Source: a bacterium (GTDB lineage: Bacteria > JAHJDO01). From it: a stretch of DNA of 64,000 nt. The stretch is from positions 13,896 to 77,895 of the forward strand of contig JBDRTG010000007.1 in NCBI GenBank assembly GCA_043824255.1, read 5' to 3'. A program made the translations under genes and the position numbers. Shown here piece after piece: positions 37,254-46,044 of the stretch (position 1 is the stretch's first letter; each line of letters begins with the position of its first letter). The notes beneath the pieces were generated by a model. That model ran no database searches and was not told the DNA's origin. It saw only the letters and a program-made list of their open reading frames with translations.

Positions 37254-39666
37254 TAAGCGGAAACGTCTTATATCCGGACTTGCAGCAGGCATAATCATTT
37301 TTGCGGCGATTGGCATCAGGTTTATTTCTTTTGATAATAACATTGAACTAATGCTTCCTGCGAATCCTGAGATTCTTCGCAGTATGCGTTTTCTCAGAGA
37401 CTCAAATCTTTCGGATAAGGTTATTCTTTCTCTAAAACTGAAATCTCCAGAACACACAACGCAGGACCTTATTCAGGCTGTTGACCAATTAGAAAAGTCT
37501 CTAAAACCGCCTCTGATAACAGATGTAATAAGCGGGGTTTCCAAAACCGATCTAATGCAGGAGATGCATTCCTTTATGAGACATGTTCCGCAACTGCTCA
37601 ACGAAGAGGCCCTCTCCAAAATTGATAGGCAGATAACCCATGAAGGAGTAAAAACAAGTTTAAGCAGAGATTACCAGCAATTACTGACTCCGGGCAGTGG
37701 ATTTATAATGCCGTTCATTCGATCTGATCCACTTGGGATAAAATCAGGATTTCTTGCTAATATAGGAAAGCTTTCCCGTTCATTAGGATATAAGGTTAAA
37801 ATTAAGAATGGACATTTTATCAGTCAGGATGGCAGAAATGCTATGCTTATTCTTAAAACTCCTGTGCGTATTACTGATGGATTCGGTTCCAAAAAGCTAG
37901 TGGCATATCTGCATAAACAGCTGGAGTCTCTACCTGAATTTGTTTCAGCTGATATCATTGCCGGTCACATTCATACAATCAGCAATGAAGATGTAATAAA
38001 AAGGGATATTCTCCTGACATTGACTATTGCCTCAGTTGCCTTTCTCTTATTATTCCTGTTCATATTCAGGGATATAAGGGCAATTCTTATCTTTCTTATA
38101 CCGCTGATATCAGTTCTTGTTTCCATAAACCTCTCAGCTATTGTTCTTGGAAAGCTGTCATATTTTATTATTGGTATGGGAGCTGTTGTTGCCGGCATTG
38201 CTATAGATTACGGGATTCATGTTTATCTGGCCGTACGCACAGGAGCTGGCAGGCCTGATGCAGTTAAGAAAATAATAAAACCAGTAATAATTGCTGCATT
38301 GACTACAATAGGTGTTTTTGCTGCATTCTTCTTTTCCAGTGTTCAGGGGTATCATCAGCTCGCTCTTTTTTCAATCCTCAGTATTGTTTTCTGCCTTGTC
38401 TGCGCCTTATTTATTTTACCTCGTCTTTTAACCGGGAAACATTACATAGAGCTTCCTGCTATACTCAAACAAAGAAATTCCACGCACTCGCAGGTTTTCG
38501 ATCGAATATGTGTTGCATGCTGGGGACTGATTATAATTGCTGCAATAGCTCTATCGCGGCAGGTAGAATTTAATAGCGATATCAGTCGGTTGGATGGAAG
38601 TAAATTTGAGGTTATACAGACTGAACAGGAGTTTCATAGTGTGTGGGGAGGAGCGGATAAACCGGCAATTCTCGTTACCTCAGGGAAAAATTTGGAAGAG
38701 GCGCTTCAGTGTAATGAGCGCATTTACACCGAGGCAGTAGATGAAGTGGAAGAGAAAAATTTTTCAAGTTTTGCAGAATTGTGGCTGTCAAATCAAGCAC
38801 GAATAGCAAATTCTGCGCGCTGGAACAAGTTCTGGAGAGAGGGAAGAGAAGCAAAGTTGAAAGAGCTTCTTCAAGAGCATGGTCAGGCATATCATTTTTC
38901 CGATGATGCATTTTCTCCGTTTTTTAAAAATCTCTATACTGAAAAGGTTATTAAAAATACACCTGAGGGGCTTACTTTTTTTGACCAGTTAAAAAAACGA
39001 TTTATACTGAAAAAAACAGATGAATATCAGGTATTATCATTTTTCCCGGATAAAGATCAGTATATTAAAGCGCTGAGTGTAATAAGCAGCCGTTATCCGA
39101 AAACATTCTTAGTATCCAGAAATGCTTTTTCCTACATGCTTTCTCAGGCAGTTTCATCAGAAGTTATCTTTTTATCAGGAATTGCCGGGCTGTTAATTCT
39201 GATATTAACGTGTTTATTGCTGAGAAACGTACGGCTAACTGTGCTTGCCCTGATTCCGGTTATCACAGGCATTATATTGATCTTGGGGATCATGTCTGTA
39301 CTAGGGTTATCTCTAAATGCTCCCTGTGTTATTGCCGGGATAATTGTTATTGGTCTCTGCATTGACTACGGGATATTCATGGTTTATACTTGTGAGTATA
39401 ATTTAAAAACAGGAACGCGTATGGCAGTCTCATTGTCAGCTCTTACAACAATTATTGGGGCAGGAGCGCTTTTATTTGCTCTGCATCCTGTATTGTTTTC
39501 TATTGGTATAACACTTGTAATAGGAGTAACGGGAGGGTATATTTCAGCGCTACTGGTTATCCCCTCGCTGTATAGATTAACTCACCCTGGCCCTCTCTTG
39601 ACAGAGAGGGAAAAGGCTACCCCAATAAAAAGTCCCCCTTTGAAGGGGGATTCAGGGGGATGTTGA
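37246..39666 (+). CDS. MMPL/RND-family exporter
   Basis: Two repeats of periplasmic loop plus TM bundle with GIAIDYGIH and GLCIDYGIF. GTG start with GGAGG SD. Confidence 0.88.
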   Translation: MADKRKRLISGLAAGIIIFAAIGIRFISFDNNIELMLPANPEILRSMRFLRDSNLSDKVILSLKLKSPEHTTQDLIQAVDQLEKSLKPPLITDVISGVSKTDLMQEMHSFMRHVPQLLNEEALSKIDRQITHEGVKTSLSRDYQQLLTPGSGFIMPFIRSDPLGIKSGFLANIGKLSRSLGYKVKIKNGHFISQDGRNAMLILKTPVRITDGFGSKKLVAYLHKQLESLPEFVSADIIAGHIHTISNEDVIKRDILLTLTIASVAFLLLFLFIFRDIRAILIFLIPLISVLVSINLSAIVLGKLSYFIIGMGAVVAGIAIDYGIHVYLAVRTGAGRPDAVKKIIKPVIIAALTTIGVFAAFFFSSVQGYHQLALFSILSIVFCLVCALFILPRLLTGKHYIELPAILKQRNSTHSQVFDRICVACWGLIIIAAIALSRQVEFNSDISRLDGSKFEVIQTEQEFHSVWGGADKPAILVTSGKNLEEALQCNERIYTEAVDEVEEKNFSSFAELWLSNQARIANSARWNKFWREGREAKLKELLQEHGQAYHFSDDAFSPFFKNLYTEKVIKNTPEGLTFFDQLKKRFILKKTDEYQVLSFFPDKDQYIKALSVISSRYPKTFLVSRNAFSYMLSQAVSSEVIFLSGIAGLLILILTCLLLRNVRLTVLALIPVITGIILILGIMSVLGLSLNAPCVIAGIIVIGLCIDYGIFMVYTCEYNLKTGTRMAVSLSALTTIIGAGALLFALHPVLFSIGITLVIGVTGGYISALLVIPSLYRLTHPGPLLTEREKATPIKSPPLKGDSGGC
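39579..39664. repeat. REP/MITE-like palindromic element, copy 2, translated as the MMPL C-terminus
   Basis: AACTCACCCTGGCCCTCTCTTGACAGAGAGGG...TCCCCCTTTGAAGGGGGATTCAGGGGGATGTT; first 23 nt nearly identical to the 21449 copy. Confidence 0.7.
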
Positions 39667-39728
39667 GCAGACACTTAGAAATTTTAGAATTAGTAATTTA
39701 TTGGAAATTAGTAATTGAAAATTAAAAA

Positions 39729-40397
39729 TTGAAAATTAAGAATTTAATTTTGGGGTTAGTTGTATTGTGCAGTACAGGGTGCAGCAGTATTCCATTTAAA
39801 AAGGTTCAATATGTTTCGGTCAGCAAAGTGCAGCCTGCAGCAATTCGGGAGCAATTTGCCAGTACCCTTTCCCAGAAATTCCAGGTAATTAACACAATTG
39901 TTTTTCAGTATAAGCGGTATAAGTTCTCTGCTATTGGGTATACTGATATTGATGCTCTCCAAAAGCTCTTCACAGTTGTCTGTCTTAATCATGCAGGTAT
40001 CAAGTTGTTTGAGTTGGCCGGAAATGATAACAGTGTTGAGTGCAAGTTCGCTTTTGAAGGAGCTTCTTTTCCCGGCAATTTTGCCCAGGCAGTGGCAGAT
40101 GACATTAGAAGAATTTATTTTGACTGCATTCCTGACCCTGAAGCTAAAATGCATAAAAAGAAAAAGAAGATTGTTTTTAGACAGCCTGCAAAAACAGGTG
40201 TAATGGAATACATTTTTGCCGGTGCTGACAATCTGTTGGTTGAAAAACGATATTATGAAGGGTGGCGAAAAATCTGGAGTGTTTTTTATTATGAGTATCT
40301 CAGGAAAAACGGGAAACTATATCCCTCTGGTATTATGCTCAGACATCATAAATACAACTATCAGCTAACTATGCGATTGAAGGAGATTCAAACATGA
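39729..40397 (+). CDS. DUF3261-like lipoprotein
   Basis: Lipobox STGC; GIKLFEL...DDIRRIY; position after MMPL matches aryl-polyene cluster order. Confidence 0.65.
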   Translation: MKIKNLILGLVVLCSTGCSSIPFKKVQYVSVSKVQPAAIREQFASTLSQKFQVINTIVFQYKRYKFSAIGYTDIDALQKLFTVVCLNHAGIKLFELAGNDNSVECKFAFEGASFPGNFAQAVADDIRRIYFDCIPDPEAKMHKKKKKIVFRQPAKTGVMEYIFAGADNLLVEKRYYEGWRKIWSVFYYEYLRKNGKLYPSGIMLRHHKYNYQLTMRLKEIQT

Positions 40398-40771
40398 ATA
40401 AACTTGTGCAGGAAATCAAACAACGTATGGCGGATTTAGCCGAAACCAAGAAAGGGGAGGTAACTGCGCGCTTTCTTTTTCCCGCAGAGTTCATTGGCTT
40501 TCAGGGACATTTTCCAGATAAACCTATTCTTCCCGGGGTTTGTAAAATACAGGCGGTTATAGTAATGCTTCAGGCATGGGAAAAGAGGGATATTAGATTA
40601 AAGGAAATTGTTTCGGCAAAATTCCTTTCACCAGTTTCCCCTGAAGAAGAAATTGTTTTTAATTACAGGAAGCAAACAGAAAGCAACGGCGAAGCACTCA
40701 TAAAAGCATCAGTAACCAGTAAAAACAAGAAAGTTGCCGAACTGCAACTGAGAGTAAGTGTTAAAAATTAA
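40394..40771 (+). CDS. 3-hydroxyacyl-ACP dehydratase (FabZ/ApeI-like)
   Basis: FQGHFPDKPILPGV, KFLSPVSP. Confidence 0.88.
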   Translation: MNKLVQEIKQRMADLAETKKGEVTARFLFPAEFIGFQGHFPDKPILPGVCKIQAVIVMLQAWEKRDIRLKEIVSAKFLSPVSPEEEIVFNYRKQTESNGEALIKASVTSKNKKVAELQLRVSVKN

Positions 40772-40901
40772 GGACACATCCTATGTGCCCAAAATTTGAC
40801 AAACTAAGTTAGAAAATGTTATTCTGCTCTTTGAAAATTAGGCAGTTTTTGAGTTTTATTGAGGGATAATAGTACAAATAGTTAAAAGGAGGCTACAACA
40901 A

Positions 40902-41273
40902 ATGAAATATCTACAAAGACAAAAAGGATTGTTAAGGAGGAGCATATATATTGGTTTGAGCATTGCTATATTAAGTTTAAGTTATACCTCCTCTTGCATG
41001 GCAGAACCAGAAATGCTTGTACGCGCGTCTGTACGTGCTGAGTCAAACGTGAACGCTATCAATGAGAAACAGAAGAGCATAGATGTTGAGAAATACCGTG
41101 TGCAAAAAAAACAGCTTTTAACACCAAATGAGATTAATTCTCTAGAAATAAAAGAAAAGGATAACTGTAGGCTTCTGCAATTGCGTGCTGGTGATGATTC
41201 AACGAACATGATGCTTATAGTTATTATGATTATGATTGCGTGCGTAGCCAGTATTGCGGCAGGAAATCCCTAG
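40902..41273 (+). CDS. Secreted PA2779-like protein; putative peptidase substrate
   Basis: Signal peptide; LTPNEINSL...LRAG|D then a C-terminal hydrophobic helix; own promoter TTGACA(40796)-18-TATTCT and AGGAGG SD. Confidence 0.6.
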   Translation: MKYLQRQKGLLRRSIYIGLSIAILSLSYTSSCMAEPEMLVRASVRAESNVNAINEKQKSIDVEKYRVQKKQLLTPNEINSLEIKEKDNCRLLQLRAGDDSTNMMLIVIMIMIACVASIAAGNP

Positions 41274-41315
41274 TGTCCAATAAAAAATGGCTGGAAATGT
41301 CAAGGGGAAGTAAGA

Positions 41316-41921
41316 ATTTTAAAGAATTATCCATTTTGTAGAAAGAAATATCTGCTGTTTTTACTATTCTCTATATTCTTGATCAGTTCAAGTGGCTGTG
41401 GTGTCCGCCGTTTTACAGGACTAAATTCTCCAACAACATATCTGATTAACGGTACCTCACATATAAGACAAGAAAAAAATCAGTGTGGGTTAGCATGCCT
41501 TTCTATGGTCTTTAGATATTGGGGCAGAAACGATATTGATTTATCTCCAATTGAATCTTCGTATGCGCTTAAAGCAGAAAATTTAAAAAAATTTGCTGAA
41601 CAGCAAGGATTTTTTGCTTTTGTGTATAGCGGTTCTCCTAAAGACTTAAAAGAACAACTGGATAAAGGGAGACCAATCATTGTTATGACTAAATATATCT
41701 TTAAACTGCCACCAATGCGAGAATTACAACTTGCAAAAAAAATAGTTGGAGAGGGGAGCAATCATTATTCGGTAGTTATAGGATATGACGATACCAAGCG
41801 CATATACATCATTTCAGATCCTGCTAGAAAAACTCCTATAACAATAGATAGATTTCTATTTGAAGAAAAGTGGGCTGAATGTGACTATCTAACGATATTA
41901 GTAGTCCCTATGATAAAATAA
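41316..41921 (+). CDS. C39-like cysteine peptidase lipoprotein (PA2778-like, no TPR); start uncertain
   Basis: QEKNQCG, GRPIIV, HYSVVIGYD, ISDP give a Cys-His-Asp triad. Frame upstream of TTG 41379 encodes RKKYLLFLLFSIFLISSSGC (lipoprotein signal). Confidence 0.8.
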   Translation: MLKNYPFCRKKYLLFLLFSIFLISSSGCGVRRFTGLNSPTTYLINGTSHIRQEKNQCGLACLSMVFRYWGRNDIDLSPIESSYALKAENLKKFAEQQGFFAFVYSGSPKDLKEQLDKGRPIIVMTKYIFKLPPMRELQLAKKIVGEGSNHYSVVIGYDDTKRIYIISDPARKTPITIDRFLFEEKWAECDYLTILVVPMIK

Positions 41922-41948
41922 TTTAGTAGAAAATTTTAGAGAACTAAT

Positions 41949-43097
41949 ATGCATGCGCTAGAAGCAGTTGTTGTTGCCTGTGACCTCATAACTCCTTACG
42001 GCTTGGGCATTGATGCGTGCTGGCAAGGACTTCTATCTGGAAAAACCGCAATAAATATGTTAGTCCGTTTTGATACAGAGGTATTTCAAACAAAAAAAGC
42101 AGCTACAATCGCTGAACTTAAGACTGGGCAAAGTGATTCTCTGACAATGCAGATGCTGAAGCCGTTACTAAAGAAAGCATCTTCTATTATTCCAAAAGAC
42201 GCTCTTTTAATTTTAGCAACCACAACAGGCGAGATAGATATTCTGGAGAAACAGGTTCTTAATGCCAAAGATAATGCGGACGAAAGCGCGCCTGGCTGTT
42301 TGTTAAGCAAGGTGCAATGCTTGAGCGGGATAAGGTCGCCCGGGATTATTGTGTCTGCAGCATGTACTTCTTCAAGCAGCGCAATTGCGCAGGCAGGAGC
42401 AATGATCCGTGGTAAAGAGCGTGACTGCGTGCTGATAGTTGCCTGTGATATTGTAAGTGAATTTGTTTTTGCCGGATTCTCTTCTCTGATGGCATTAGAT
42501 AAAGATACAGCGCGACCTTTTGATAAAAACAGAAGCGGTCTAAGTCTTGGCGAAGCAGCAGGATTTGTTCTGGTTATGAGTAAGGAAAGAGCTATTCAAG
42601 AAGAAAGGTCTATTATTGGAGAAATAGCCGGTTGGGGACTGACAAATGATGCTAATCATATGACCGGTCCGTCCAGAGATGGCAGCGGACTGGCGCTGGC
42701 TATGAATAAAGCCCTGCAGTCAGCAAATATGACTGAGGATGCTGTGGGATGCATAGCTGCGCATGGCACTGGAACTATATACAATGACGCTATGGAAATG
42801 AAGGCGTTTAAATCTGTTTTTGCCTACGGAGCTCTTCCAACATATTCCATTAAGGGAGGAATAGGACATACAATGGGAGCGGCAGGTCTGGTGGAGACAA
42901 TTGTGGCATTGCGGTCATTAAGAGAAAAACTTATTCCTCCTACAGTTAATCTGCATATTGCTGATAATGAAGCTGAGGGCTGGGTGTCCACTAAAGCGTG
43001 CACATTTGATAATCCTGTAACTATTTCTATCAACGCTGGATTTGGCGGAGTGAATTCCGCATTGGTATTGAAAAAATTGGATGAGCAGCAGTTATGA
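41949..43097 (+). CDS. Beta-ketoacyl synthase (KS2, Cys-His-His intact)
   Basis: SAACTSS, AHGTGT, GHTMGAAG, GFGG. Confidence 0.92.
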   Translation: MHALEAVVVACDLITPYGLGIDACWQGLLSGKTAINMLVRFDTEVFQTKKAATIAELKTGQSDSLTMQMLKPLLKKASSIIPKDALLILATTTGEIDILEKQVLNAKDNADESAPGCLLSKVQCLSGIRSPGIIVSAACTSSSSAIAQAGAMIRGKERDCVLIVACDIVSEFVFAGFSSLMALDKDTARPFDKNRSGLSLGEAAGFVLVMSKERAIQEERSIIGEIAGWGLTNDANHMTGPSRDGSGLALAMNKALQSANMTEDAVGCIAAHGTGTIYNDAMEMKAFKSVFAYGALPTYSIKGGIGHTMGAAGLVETIVALRSLREKLIPPTVNLHIADNEAEGWVSTKACTFDNPVTISINAGFGGVNSALVLKKLDEQQL

Positions 43098-43645
43098 TTA
43101 TTTCAGGTATTGGCTGGATTACTAAGAAAAAATATGGATGTGTAAATAAAACAATACGCAAAGATTATACCGGTATAAAATCCCTGCATTCAAAGCTGCA
43201 GAATGAATCAATATTTTTGTATCCGGTAAAGAATTTCGGAAGATTTGACATGACTTCAAAAATGTCTTGCTGTGCAGGCGCTCTGGCACTGCATGATGCA
43301 GGGGTAAAATATTCTGAAAAGCATAAACAGGATATTGGAATTATCGGCACAAATACTGATGGATGTCTAAGATCCAATCTAAATTATTTCAGGGATTATG
43401 TGCAGACAGGCAGAAAACTTGCGCGTGGTAATCTTTTTATCTACACTCTTCCATCAAGCCCTCTGGCAGAAGCAGCAATTCACTTTGGATTTCAGGGCCC
43501 ATTACTGTATATCATGTTTCCACAAAAACAAATTCCATCTTTACTGCAATATGCAGAAGGCATAATCTCCCGCAAAGAAGCATCCACAGTACTGGCTATG
43601 AAAATCGATGAAGAGAAAGCTGTTTGTTTTGTGATGAAAAGATAA
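43094..43645 (+). CDS. Short KS N-terminal-like / chain-length-factor-like protein
   Basis: FGRFD..SK, FIYTLPS..LAEAAIHFGFQGP; no catalytic Cys/His motifs; coupled to KS2. Confidence 0.7.
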   Translation: MIISGIGWITKKKYGCVNKTIRKDYTGIKSLHSKLQNESIFLYPVKNFGRFDMTSKMSCCAGALALHDAGVKYSEKHKQDIGIIGTNTDGCLRSNLNYFRDYVQTGRKLARGNLFIYTLPSSPLAEAAIHFGFQGPLLYIMFPQKQIPSLLQYAEGIISRKEASTVLAMKIDEEKAVCFVMKR

Positions 43646-43691
43646 TCCCCGGTCAAGCAGGAGAATGACCCCGAAAGCATTCGGGATTTTG

Positions 43692-43722
43692 GGTTGTCAT
43701 TTAGGTTGTCATTTAGTATAAT
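43692..43722 (+). promoter_or_regulatory. Fic promoter overlaid by a tandem 12-bp direct repeat
   Basis: GGTTGTCATTTA x2 (43692-43715); TTGTCA-17-TATAAT ending 6 nt before ATG 43729. Confidence 0.7.
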
Positions 43723-43728
43723 TAATAC

Positions 43729-44784
43729 ATGATATTTAAACCAAAATATACAATAACAGATAAGATACTTAATAATATCTCCCAAATTGCGGCTGGAAAG
43801 GAGATTGTTGAACATTCCAGACTAATTCCTAAGTGGGAGCTAAAGTTAAAAAAAGAGGCTCGCCTTCATAATGCTCATTCTTCTACAAGTATTGAGGGGA
43901 ACAGGCTAACACTTGAGCAGGTAGGCATGCTGTCAGAAAATAAGCAGATTATTGGCTCAGTCAAGGATAAACAGGAGGTTCTAAATTATCTTCATGCATT
44001 GGATGCTATACCTGAATACGCAGGCAAAAAGGCGATAGATGTTAAACTATTTTTAAATATCCATAAAACAATTACCAAGGGAACTCTTGAGAATCCTGAG
44101 GATTGCGGTGTTTTTAGAAATAGACAAGTTTTTGTAGGAAGAAGAATATTTGACGGGACACAATTTAGGGAAGTTGTGGAATATATGCCTCCTCGTACCA
44201 GGGATGTTCTTCGTTTAGTAAAAGAATTCTTAGATTGGTTGAATGCTGCTAAAATAAGCAGTATTCAACCTGTTATTTTAGCTGGGATTGTGCACTATGA
44301 AGTAGCCAGAATTCATCCGTTTATTGATGGCAATGGTAGAACAGCAAGGTTGTTAGCATCTCTTGTTCTTTATAAAACAGGCTTTGATCATAGAAGATTT
44401 TTTGCGCTTGATGATTACTATGATGCAGACAGATACTCATATTATGCCGCATTAAAAACAGCCCAAAAAAGCAAAGGGGATATTACAAAGTGGCTTGAAT
44501 ATTTCACTGATGGTGTTTTGTATTCAACGAATAAAGTAAAAGAGGTTATCGTTAAACTTGATTTTTTACCAAAAGTGAATAGTGCTGAACAATTAGAATT
44601 AACGTCAAGACAGATAGAAATTTTAGAAAGGATTAAAGTTAAGGGCAGGATTACTAATAAAGAACTAAGAGCAAATTTTAACATATCACGACAAGCAATG
44701 CTGAAAGAAATTTCAAAACTCATAGATGCTGATATAATTGAGCTTGCTGGAAAAGGCAGGGGAGCATATTATAGAATGCACTAA
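43729..44784 (+). CDS. Fic family protein with C-terminal HTH
   Basis: Canonical HPFIDGNGRTAR; N-terminal inhibitory STSIEGN; C-terminal ITNKEL...ISRQ...GKGRGAYY winged helix. Confidence 0.93.
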   Translation: MIFKPKYTITDKILNNISQIAAGKEIVEHSRLIPKWELKLKKEARLHNAHSSTSIEGNRLTLEQVGMLSENKQIIGSVKDKQEVLNYLHALDAIPEYAGKKAIDVKLFLNIHKTITKGTLENPEDCGVFRNRQVFVGRRIFDGTQFREVVEYMPPRTRDVLRLVKEFLDWLNAAKISSIQPVILAGIVHYEVARIHPFIDGNGRTARLLASLVLYKTGFDHRRFFALDDYYDADRYSYYAALKTAQKSKGDITKWLEYFTDGVLYSTNKVKEVIVKLDFLPKVNSAEQLELTSRQIEILERIKVKGRITNKELRANFNISRQAMLKEISKLIDADIIELAGKGRGAYYRMH

Positions 44785-44796
44785 GGTTATTTTAAT

Positions 44797-46044
44797 ATGA
44801 AAATAAAACTAATATATCCCACATGGCCGAAACTAATGGATCAGACGGAATTTAATTTGCCGCCTCATGGTCCGGCGTGTTTTGCTGCGGCGCTGAGTGA
44901 TGATATTGAAATCTCTTTTTGTGATGAAAATGTTGAGAAACTTGATTTTTCTGAAGATGCAGACTTGATTGTGCTCTCAGTTATGCTGACATGCCAGATG
45001 CCCCGCGCATGGGAAATTAGCGATTGGTATCGAGCTCATGGTAAGAAGGTGGTGTTTGGCGGCATTGCAACAATGCTTCATGCGGAAGAGACAATGTCTC
45101 ACGCTGATAGTGTTTTTTTAGGAGAGGCTGAAGGCAGGATTGATAAGGTTATTGATGATTTTAAGAAAGGACGTATGGAAAAGATGTATGATTTTTTCCA
45201 TGATTTTCCGGATATGAACATAATTGGCACTGCAAGACGCAGCATTCTTAAGCGTGAATTATATAATTTCCGCGGTGTGCAGATGGTTGATCTGATACAT
45301 GCGTCCCGAGGGTGCAAGTTTAATTGTTTTCCGTGCTGCACGCCGTATTTGGGAGGGCGCAAATTCAGGCCGCGCCCTGTTGATGCAGTGGTGAGGGAGC
45401 TGGAAAGCATTGACAATAACCGCATGTTTTTTGTTGATAATTCTATGGCGCAGAACGATGAATGGGAGAGAGAACTGTTTAAGGCAATTGCTCCGTTAAA
45501 AAAGAAATGGATATCTCATCCCATAAAGGATGATGACGAAATATTGGATCTAGCCGCTAAAGCAGGATGTTGGTATGTATATCAGGCAATAATAGATACC
45601 TCAGATCATATCCGCAGAAGAGTCAAGCGGCTGCAGGAACATGGCATTGGAGTTGAAGGGACAGTTATTCTCGGATTGGATTATCATGATGAAGATTATA
45701 TAAAGCGATTAGTTGATTTTCTTCTTGAGATAAATCTTGACCTTGCCGAATTTACTATCCTTACTCCATTTCCTCATGCACCGATCAGAGCCCAGCTGGA
45801 AAAAGAAAATAGGATCCTTCATAACAACTGGATCCAGTACACAACAGGAGAGGTTGTATTTAAACCGGCAAAAATGACTATAAACTCATTGCAAAGCATG
45901 TACCACTATGCATGGGAAAAATTTTACTCTGACTGCAGCAGGGAAATAAAGATGGCAAAACTGTTTCTTAAAGTTATTGAAAAAGAAAAGAAGGACGGAA
46001 CCTATAAGAGAGCCAGGTTAAGGGCTGGTCGCGCGTGGTCATGA
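44797..46044 (+). CDS. B12-binding radical SAM protein
   Basis: N-terminal cobalamin-binding domain (DENVE...VVFGGIAT...VFLGEAE); SRGCKFNCFPC. Confidence 0.88.
   Translation: MKIKLIYPTWPKLMDQTEFNLPPHGPACFAAALSDDIEISFCDENVEKLDFSEDADLIVLSVMLTCQMPRAWEISDWYRAHGKKVVFGGIATMLHAEETMSHADSVFLGEAEGRIDKVIDDFKKGRMEKMYDFFHDFPDMNIIGTARRSILKRELYNFRGVQMVDLIHASRGCKFNCFPCCTPYLGGRKFRPRPVDAVVRELESIDNNRMFFVDNSMAQNDEWERELFKAIAPLKKKWISHPIKDDDEILDLAAKAGCWYVYQAIIDTSDHIRRRVKRLQEHGIGVEGTVILGLDYHDEDYIKRLVDFLLEINLDLAEFTILTPFPHAPIRAQLEKENRILHNNWIQYTTGEVVFKPAKMTINSLQSMYHYAWEKFYSDCSREIKMAKLFLKVIEKEKKDGTYKRARLRAGRAWS

Noticed and set aside
34741..41273. RiPP system pairing the SPASM enzyme with the 40902 precursor
   Set aside because: The precursor has a Sec-type signal and its own promoter; the SPASM protein has no evident RRE and is fused to a lipid-type hotdog domain.
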